Shown here: positions 26,630 to 35,828 of the stretch, one piece after another
How positions within the stretch are numbered: position 1 is the stretch's first letter
Layout of the letters: each line of letters opens with the position of its first letter
NCBI GenBank assembly: GCA_016748015.1
Contig: JAAOMT010000009.1
Location: 700,459-764,458, forward strand
DNA: 64,000 nucleotides
Origin: Geosiphon pyriformis uo1
Taxonomy: Eukaryota > Fungi > Glomeromycota
Reading direction: 5' to 3'
Notes under the pieces: generated by a model
Told to the model about the DNA's origin: nothing
The model's database searches: none
Seen by the model: the letters and a program-made list of their open reading frames with translations, nothing else
Position numbers and translations under genes: made by a program

Positions 26630-27603
26630 TGTTATTAGAGGTTTTTGGTCTCTTTTCTTGAATGTTGTTACTGTTTGTCTGTTGCTAATTTCACGTTTTC
26701 TGGAAGCAATTAAACCTCCAATAACTGAATTTATTTTCAAATTATCTCCTATAATTTGAACCACTAGATTTATGAGTAAAATGGCCAATTTTATGCCAGT
26801 TACTTTGTGTAGTTACATTGTAGTAAACATTAACTCTTTCCCAGGAATTGCTCATCTGGAAGCTCACTAAAATTGTGTAGTTACTTTGCTGTAAAAGTCA
26901 ACTCTTCTACAGGAATCTCGTTTGTAGACTACCCTAATGATTGTAATAAGAAAATAAAAAAATAAAATAAAAGAAGTATAAAAAAAATAGAATTTTGTCA
27001 AGAGAAACGTTTTTTATCCAAGCCTGGAGTCACTAACAGATTACTGAAATTGGTAGCTAATTAATTTCAAAATGTTAGTCGGGTTTTGAGGAATTTCAAG
27101 TGTAATAATCAAAGATTTGGTTTTTGAATATTTAATTTTTATTTAAATGTGTAAAAGATGATTTGTTTCAATTAAGATATCTAAAGTAAGATACTATGTT
27201 ATAATACCATGAGAAGATACATTTTCTTGAAGAGAAAAGCTCTTCTTTTATACAACTTGTTGTAATACTAGTCTTTAAACTTGTACTTTTCTCTTTGCTA
27301 TAATTTGGGTAAACTAAAAATACATTTTGGCAAACTACAAGTTATTTCACTGAACTATTGATTATTTCGGCCAATTTTCATTAATTTCAGCGAATTTTGA
27401 CTATGTTAAATGGTTTAGGGTATTGTGTAATTTGATCCTTTTAATTTCTATGATACAAATCAAATTATTAATTGAGTAATAATATTTGATAATTTGATTA
27501 AATAATAAGTGATAATCGAAATAATAATAATATATGCTAATTAATAATAAGAATTATAAGGGTAATTTTATGCTAATTAATAGCTAAAATTCTACTGGTA
27601 ATA
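26630..27603 (-). repeat. 3' LTR of C
   Basis: Direct repeat of 45255-46228; internal ~69-bp duplication at ~26805-26920. Confidence 0.95.
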
Positions 27604-27618
27604 TAACCTCCTCCTCAA
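27604..27618 (-). promoter_or_regulatory. Polypurine tract of C
   Basis: rc gaggaggaggtta abuts the 3' LTR. Confidence 0.8.
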
Positions 27619-27637
27619 GACTGAGCTTTGTTAAAGT

Positions 27638-28291
27638 CTAAGCACTATTTGTGATGTCAAGATAGTAGTCCAATATAATTGAAGTAATTTGGTCTGAAAA
27701 TTGTTGAAATTTCAGTTTTGTGAGCTTTCCAATGTATTGAATCTTCATTAGATAGAGTATTGGATTTTGTAGGACGTTTTCACAAGTGTTGAATAAATTA
27801 TAGAGTCTAAATGCTGCTCTAAGTTTGTAGTGAGTGTTTGTTGGTCCAGCTGCTGTCTTGAATTCATTGTGGATTTGTTTTTGTATGACTTCAGAAGTAA
27901 GATTTGTTGTTTCAAGTTCCAGTTTTTGTTCATAAAGTGTTTTTCTAATATGAAAATATTTATAGATAAGGGTATGTTCATTGTTTTGTTCATTAAGAAG
28001 TAGTGGAAGTTTTTGTTGGATTGTGACATTGGATAAAATGTTAATAGGAGCAATTAAAAGATTTTTTTTCAGTGCTTGCTTCAAAAGTTCTGGTAATTGA
28101 TTTTTAGAGTGACCTCTTGTTTTTTTTCTATAAGAGTGATAATTTTGAGAATTGTTTACTACTAATGTTGTGGTTTCTTTCTGAGTGTAATTAATTTAAC
28201 TTTTATTAATCGTTATGGATAAGTCAAGAAGTGTTTTTAAGGCTAACATTAATTTTTGGAATATTTGTTGAATATTTCGGGGAATAATCAT
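27638..28291 (-). pseudogene. ORF3 of C (unknown function, ~217 aa, one internal stop)
   Basis: MIIPRNIQQIFQKLMLALK...KLRAAFRLYNLFNTCENVLQNP..IGKLTKLKFQQF; similar along its length to D ORF3. Confidence 0.8.
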
Positions 28292-28429
28292 GATAAAAAT
28301 AACTAAAAAAAATAAAAATTATTTTTGGGTATAGGTTTTTATTTGTTTTTGGGTTTGAATGTTTCTTGTAATTATTTACTATTTTTGTTTTATGTTTTGT
28401 GTATTAAAAGAATTATTGTAAAAATGTTA

Positions 28430-29816
28430 AATTAAGTGTTCAGGTTTGGCTGTTGTTCTATTATAATTATTGGTTCTAAATTTCAGGAAATATCTTTAGG
28501 ATTAATTAAAGGAGAATGTGTACCAATTTGTGAAATTAATGGTTCAGGATTATTTCTGGAATAATAGTGTTTCAGTTAATCTCCTTGTGCAACTTTTGCT
28601 AGTACTTTGTCATTAAGTCTTAACTTGTATAATCCATTGCCTAAAATTTCGTGAATATAAAATGGTCCATCCCATTTATGTTCAAATTTTCCACTTTATT
28701 GTTTTTCAGTCTTAGTTTTGTGTAAAAAAACTTTATTTCCAACTTTAAATTTGTTGGTAACTGGTAGCAGTTTGTTGTTATGTCTTTTTTTTTGTAGGGC
28801 TTGGGAGTGTTTAATATGAATGGCTGCTATGTGTCTCTTTCTTTTTAATGTACTAAGAAGAATGTAAGCTTTTTTTGGAGTGTTTCTTGAAAGTTTTTTT
28901 CATTAATTGGTTGTACTGGGTATGTTTTTACTGTGAAATTAATTGGTAATGTTGCTGTCTTTTCATAAGTAAGATCAAATGGTGTATGTTTTATAGTATC
29001 TTGTTTTAGTGTTCTGTATACTAATAACACTGATAAAATAAAGATATCCCATTCCTGCTCAAAATTTGTTGAAACTTTGGCTAAAAATTTACACAATGTT
29101 CTGTTAAAACATTCTACAAGTCTATTTGTTTAAGGGTAATAAGGGGATGATAGAAATCTTTTGACATTGAATCATTCACAAATTTCTTGTATCAAATTGT
29201 TCACAAAATGTGTTTCTTGATCAGATAAGAGTTTAATTAAGCATCCATGTCTACAAATAATGTCTTCATAAATGAAATTTGCTACTGATTTTGCATCTGC
29301 TCTTTGGATGGCTCTAGCTTCAGACCATTTGGTGAGATAATTTACTGCAACTGCAATATAATGATTTTCTTAGGTTGTGATAGGTAATGGTCTGACTAAA
29401 TCAATTTCAATTCTGTTGAAAGGTTGTTCAACTTTGATTGGATTTAAAGGTTCTGTGTGGCGAGTTCCTTTTCTTCTTTGACAGCTATTACAAAATTCTA
29501 TATATTGTCAAATGTTTTTTTGCATGTAAGACCAAAAGTAATGTTCAAGAGTTTTTTGAATTGTTCCATCTCTTTCCAAGTGTGCTGAAGAAGGATCTGT
29601 GTGCATGTTGTATAGAATTGTTTCTTTTTTATTTTCCTGTATTAATCTGAGTAATTAATTTGAGTTTTTGTGATTTTTGTAATAGATTTTGTTATGGTGT
29701 ATGAAATATTGTTTGAATTGGTGTTGTAATCGATGTTTTTCACTTAAAGACCAATTTTCTAGCATGGTAAGAGTTTCCATATAGTTTTTAATGTTGTTGT
29801 AATTTCTGAGATCCAT
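28430..29816 (-). pseudogene. Integrase ORF of C
   Basis: Starts MDLRNYNNIKNY at ATG 29816; rve core; KWDGPFYIHEILGNGLYKL SH3-like tail; LEPIIIIE. Confidence 0.88.
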
Positions 29817-29873
29817 TATTGTTTGGTTATTTTGTTGGTAGGTTGGTAAGTTGTGGTGGATTTGTTGTTGGTA

Positions 29874-32778
29874 TTAATCTTGTCTCATTCTTAAGAGGCT
29901 ATCAATATTGGTGTGTAGTTTTTCTGGTTTGTGGTATACAATATATTTGTAGTCTGCTAGAAAGTCATTCTATCAAGACTGTTTGGCACTTTGTTTGGTT
30001 TTCTTTTTATTGAGTTATTTAAAACTAATATTGTTAGTTATAATGTTAAATTCTTTTTCATTCTTCAGGTATTGTTGAAAATGTTTAATAGTCCAAATAA
30101 CTGCAGCAGCTTCTAATTTAGTTGAGTTATATTTGAGTTCTGTTGGTTTGAGTGTCCTACTGATATAGACAATGACTTGTTCTTGGCCATTTTTATCTAA
30201 TTGTGATAAGATGGCACCAAAAGCTATGTGTGATGTATTGGTGGTTAGTTGGAACCATTTGTTGAAGTCTGAGTAAACAAGAACTGAAGCTGTTGTTAAT
30301 TTTGTTTTGAAAGTTTTAAAAGCTTTTTGTTGTTTTTCAGTCTATTGATATGGCATGTTTTTGTTGATAAGATAATTAAGTGGTTTGGCAATTTTCAAGA
30401 ATTCTTTTATGAATTTTCAATAGTAAGAGGCTAATTCTACAAATCCTCATAGCTTGATAGTATTTTTGGAAGTTTGAAAGTTTTTGACAACACTGATTGT
30501 TCCTGAATTTGGTTTGACTCCATTTTTATTAACTATGTGTCCAAGAAAGATTAAGCTTGTTTTTCTAAAATGACATTTTTCAATGTTTAACTTCAATTCT
30601 GTTTTCCATAATCATTGAAAAAATTTTTGCAAATAGATAAGATGGGCTTTAAAGCTTGGTGAGTATATATTAGTGTCATCAAGATAGACAACTACTGATT
30701 GCTATAAAAGTCCTTCATATATAATATCCATAAGTTATTAGAATGTTGCTGGTGTATTACAAAGTCCAAAAGACATAAAATTGAACTCATAGTTTCCTTT
30801 TTGAGTGGTAAATGCTGTTTTAGGTTGATCTTTTGGGTTCATTTCGACTTGCCAGTATTCACTTTCCAAGTCTAAAGTTGAGAAAAACTTGGCTTTGCCT
30901 AAAGCATCTAGCATGTCATCAATTCTTGAAAGAGGATAGGCATCTCTAATTGTTATACTGTTTAGTTGGTAATAGTCAACACAAAATCTGATTTTTCTAT
31001 TTTTCTTTTTGATAAGAATTACTGGTAAGACCCATAGACTTTTTGATAGTTGAATCAATTCATTATTGAGCATTCTTTGAACTTCTTCCCTAATGAATTG
31101 GTGGCTAGCAGGTGGCACTTGATAAGCTTGTTAACATTTTGGTGAAGCATCTTCTGTATGGATCTAATGTTAAACAATATTAGTTTTTCTAAGATTATTG
31201 TTGTCTTTTGCAAATATGTTAGCGAATTCAGCTATTAGCTGTTTCAATTGTCTTTGTTGTTAAGATTCTAAGAGACCTATGTTGATTCAAAAGAGTTTTT
31301 CTTCTAAAAAGTAGTAGTTTTCAGTAGTAAGGATAATGTTTAGATTTGGAAGTAAGGTATGTCCTATAATTTCGATGAAATTAGAAACAATTTGAGGGTT
31401 TTTATCATGGAAGATATTGCTATGTATGATTCCAATTTCTAATTTATTCAATAAGACAATAGAGTAATTATTGGAGTTGTAGAATGTAACTTGAAATTTT
31501 TTCATTCTTTTGAGAATATAAACATTTGGGATTGAGATTTTATGTTTTAAACAGATTTGTTCATTGGATTCAAAGATTTGTTGGGTAGTGGTGAGTTCTG
31601 AGCAAGTGTAAATTTCGTAATATTCTCCAAAAGGTAAAATAATAATTGGTTGGGGAAGTTGAAGAATCTGGTGCAATTTATTTTGTGTATTAAGAGCTAT
31701 GTTTACTGGAACTGTAAATCGTTCAGTTGAACTAAAACCTTGAGTTTCTTTTTCACTTTTTTCCAATTGTTCTCTGTTTTTAACTGATTGTAAACCCGAA
31801 ATGTTGATTAAGGGTAGGTAAATTGCTTAAGCAATCTTTTCAGCATGTTTAATTCTGAATGGTTTTTTAGTTTCATTTTGTAGTATGACAGTGATGTCTC
31901 CAGTATATCCTACATCTATAACTCTTCCTCTGATGTTAATTCCTTTGCTTGCCAATAATGATTGGAAAGCAATTTGTACTATTGCTCCTAATGGTATTTC
32001 AAAAACAATTCTAAGGTTGATTTTGGTTAAGAATTTTGGTTAAAGAACCAAAGTGTTTTTGCCAGAATATCTGAGGTTATATCTTGTATCAATTTCATAG
32101 ACTTTTTTTGGTTTTATTCTTTGTTTATTGTTGTCAAAGTATTTGAGTTGTATAGTAGGCTGGTTTTTAGTAAGATAAATTGGTGTTGTTATAATTTCTT
32201 CTTTTGTTTCTAGTTTCCCAAATTCAATTTTCTTCTGGTCATTTTTACTGGACAGAGAAATACTAAGAGCATAGCATTCTGAATACCATTTGTCATTACA
32301 AAACATGATGTATTCTTTACACAATTAAATATTTATTTGCTCTAATTTTTGAATTTAAGCTTCTTGGATTGGGTATGTGTGGCTTGCAATTTGGTAGTAT
32401 GTCTCTATTTCATCTTTATAGTTGAATTCAGCTAATTTTATTGTGTATTCAATGTACTCAGCTTTCTTTATTTGTTAGACATTTTCTTGTGTGGCTCCAT
32501 TAATTAAAGCTATTGCTAAATCAAAAATCATTTCAGCATTATGAGAATAGTGGTAAAGTTTGTTAAAAGCACTATTGTATATTATATCAAAAGATGTTCT
32601 TTTTTTAACTTTTTTCGAAATTGATAAGACATATTGACAGGTTTGGTCACATACTTCCCCTCTTATTGCAACATCAATCCAGTTGCATTCTTCTGGTAGT
32701 ATATCTCCACATGTAAGACAAGAAGTGTTGTCCTATTTTCCACTTCTTTTGAAATATTCAAATCATTTTTTATGGCAT
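29874..32778 (-). pseudogene. C pol 3' part: Cys-rich domain, dUTPase (~31726-32150), dUTPase-like domain, RT, RNase H
   Basis: GINIRGRVIDVGYTGDITVILQN, EKIA*, QGFSST; RT IRFCVDYYQLN..YLDD; ends LLRMRQD*. Confidence 0.9.
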
Positions 32779-33653
32779 TGTTATGGGATGGTTTTCTTGT
32801 TATATTTAATTGCTGATATCCCGTTTTAATTGCAATCAGTCTTTCGTGAATTCCTCAATTCTATTTGTGTGATAATGTCACTGTTATACTGAAGACTTTC
32901 TTTTAATATTGCAATGTAAGTTATTCTTCAATTCCTGATTGTTGTGTGTGTTTATGTACTTCTTCTCAGAGGCTAAACTGAAATCTACCCACTGTCTGGG
33001 GTCTTTTCTGAGGCTATCCTTGCAATTGCCTGATGTGTTTTTCTAATCTAGAAACACAGAATGTTAATGGTCTTTAGTGCTTTTTCTAATTCTTACAATA
33101 AAGCTTTTATCAATTAGTAACAATGTGAATAATCTTGATCAAGGATTATTCTTCCAAGAGATTCAGTTGATGAATGATAGTTTCATTTAATAAATAATAC
33201 AAGTAAGTTTCTTAATACTTTGGGTTGTGATAATTCAGTTTTAAATATTTTTTTTTATTTCTTTTTGATTTAAAGATTTCTTGGGATATTTAATTTGAAA
33301 GTATGATTTAAAGTGGAGTTTGTTGAATAAAATTGGATCTATTGCTTGATAAGTTATGATTTTTATTACTTGATTGTTTTTTTCCCAATATTAAAACTAC
33401 TATATATATACATGTTTGTAGTTCTACGAGAAAACACATTGTAATACTTTTTTTTTGATATTTCAATCTGGTATTTGCTGCTATCACCAGTTGGTGTTGA
33501 CTGCTATTGTGAACTGGTGCTTGCCACTATTGCGAGATGGTGTTTGCTACTATGTTAATTATTATTTTTCTAAGATTATTACTGTGCTATATTATGATTG
33601 AATAGTTTGTATTATTTTTATGATTCTTTTTGCTAAATTCTTAAACCATAACA
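32779..33653 (-). repeat. 3' LTR of D
   Basis: Direct repeat of 41623-42497; four ~23-bp U3 units at ~33468-33555. Confidence 0.96.
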
Positions 33654-33668
33654 ATATCTCCTCTTTTC
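33654..33668 (-). promoter_or_regulatory. Polypurine tract of D
   Basis: rc gaaaagaggagatat abuts the LTR. Confidence 0.8.
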
Positions 33669-34335
33669 AAAATTGAGCTCCGTCAAAATTGAAGTTAATT
33701 TCTTCATTAAATTCTAAATTACTATAGTGGTTCAATACTGTGTTATTAATTTGTTGTTGTAATTCTTAAAATTGCGAATTGGTAAGTCATCCAATACTGT
33801 TAATTGTTATTATGTTCATGGTTGGGTTCAACAATAATTTGTAACAGTTTTCAAATGCTTTGAAAATTCTGTAAACTGTTTTTGAATGGAATGTAGTGTT
33901 GGTTTTTCCAATGAAAGGTTCTAATAGTTGGATAGTTGTTTTGTCAAACACTCTAGTTGAGTCTTTTGAGTATAATGTTTGTATGTTTAAGTGTTTTCCT
34001 AGTTGATAATAACAGTAATTAATTGGAAATTTCGTTTTCAAGTTGCTAAATGTGTCTGGTGTTAATTCACTTATTTCTATTTCTTCCATTATTAATGTAT
34101 TGCCCAATGCTATCTCTAATTTTTTAATAACTTTGCTAATAAATTTGTTGTTATATTTGGCAATATTATATGGTTCGAAATTATGTTCTTTTCTTGTTTT
34201 TGGATTTTCTATTGTTCTTTTTATGTATGTTATCTTGGAGCTATTAACTGTGATTTCCAGATCGGATTTTAATTGTTGTAAGCTTTCAACTAATTGTTGA
34301 GTTATATTGTTGATGTTTTCTAGAATAAGTATCAT
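33667..34335 (-). pseudogene. ORF3 of D (unknown function, ~222 aa, two late stops)
   Basis: ORF 33787-34335 continues in frame as LTNSQF*ELQQQINNTVLNHY; homologous to C, A and E ORF3. Confidence 0.82.
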
Positions 34336-34419
34336 TGTTTTAATTTTGACTGCTATTTTGGAATCTTTTGCATGCGTTTTTATGGTTGTTAAATCATTTT
34401 TGCCGTGATCTAAGATTAA

Positions 34420-35799
34420 TTATCTTTTTGAATAATGTTCAATTAAAACTATTGGTTCTAAATCTTGTGGAATTTGTTCTGGTAGAATTAAAGGTAATTG
34501 TGTTCCAATTCTGGGTGTTTTTGTTGTTATTACTGGTTTACTGTAATAGAATTTCAGCTGGTTACCATGTGCTGCTTTTCTTAATATTTTATCATTTAGT
34601 CTTAGCTTGTATGCTCTATTTCCAAGTATTTTGTGAATATAAAATGGTCTATCCCACTTGTGATCAAATTTTCCATTCCACTGTTTTTCCATTTTTGTAT
34701 GATGCAACAATACTTTATCTCCAATTTTGTAGTTAATTATATTATCTGGTAACTGGTTATCATGTCTCACTTTTTGTTGTTCTTGTGATTGTTCAATATT
34801 TTGTGCTGCTTTTCTTCTTTTGTTTTCTAAAGTTCCCATTAATTTGTATGTTCTTCTAAGTAGTGTTTCCTAGAATGTTGCTTCCATGATAGTGTCACTT
34901 AGATAAGTTGGGATAGTAAGTTCAACTGGTAATGTGGCTTTTCTTTCATAAACTAGTTCAAACAGTGTGAATTGTATAGTATCTTGTTTTACTGTTCTAT
35001 ATGCTAGTAGTACTGTTGGTATGAACAAATCCCATTCTTTTTCATGTTCATTACTAATTTTTGCCAGTGATTCACATAATGTGCAATTAAATCTTTCAAC
35101 TAATTCATTTGTTTGAGGGTGGTATGGTGATGACAGTGGTCGCTTGATTTCAAATTTTTGGCTAAGTTCTTTTAAGGTGCTGTTTACAAAGTGTGTGCCT
35201 TGATCTGATAGCAATTCTTGTGGACATCTATGTTGGCAAATTAAGTCTTCATGTATGAATTGAGCTACGGAAATAGCATCAGCTGTTTTAATAGCTCTAG
35301 CTTCTGGCCATTTGGTGAGATAGTCTATGACTACTGCAATATAATGGTTGTTTCTTGTTGTTATTGATAAGGATCCAACTAAATCAATTCCAATTCTGTC
35401 AAATGGCTGTCCCATTTTTATTGGTCTTAATAATTCCATTGTTTTTGCTCCTCCTCTTCATTGGCATAGGTCACAATTTCTTATGTATTGGATTATGTCT
35501 GAACTCATTTTTGGCCAATAGTAACGGCTAGTTGCACATTGAATGGTTGCTGTTTTTCCAAAGTGGCCTGAATGAATATTTAAGTGCATGTTAAATAAGA
35601 TAGTTTCTTTTTTATCTGTAGTTATAATTCTTAATGGATTATCTGGATTTTGTCAATTCCAGTAATAAAGTATGTAATTTTGGATGAAATAGTGTTTTGC
35701 TAATTTTTGGAGCTTAATTAGCTCTTTTACTGGCATTTCTTTGTCTATTTGTAGTGTTTCCAAGTATTGGCTGAGGTTTTTGTAAAGGTGGTTGTTCAT
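34420..35799 (-). pseudogene. Integrase ORF of D (zinc-binding domain, rve core, SH3-like tail; no chromodomain)
   Basis: ATG 35799 MNNHLYKNLSQY; HSGH..CDLC; IGID..LLSDQGTHF..PYHPQTNELVERFN; in a different frame from RT-RNase H. Confidence 0.92.
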
Positions 35800-35828
35800 T
35801 GTTGTTGTGGTGGGTGGGTTGGTGATTT

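Noticed and set aside
33667-34335. ORF3 as an envelope glycoprotein
   Set aside because: Too short, with no signal peptide, transmembrane helix or cleavage/fusion motif.
34368-34736. Hydrophobic plus-strand ORFs antisense to Gypsy genes (also 43553-43879, 39322-39956 and the antisense LINE ORFs)
   Set aside because: Shadow ORFs caused by strand compositional skew; not conserved between elements.
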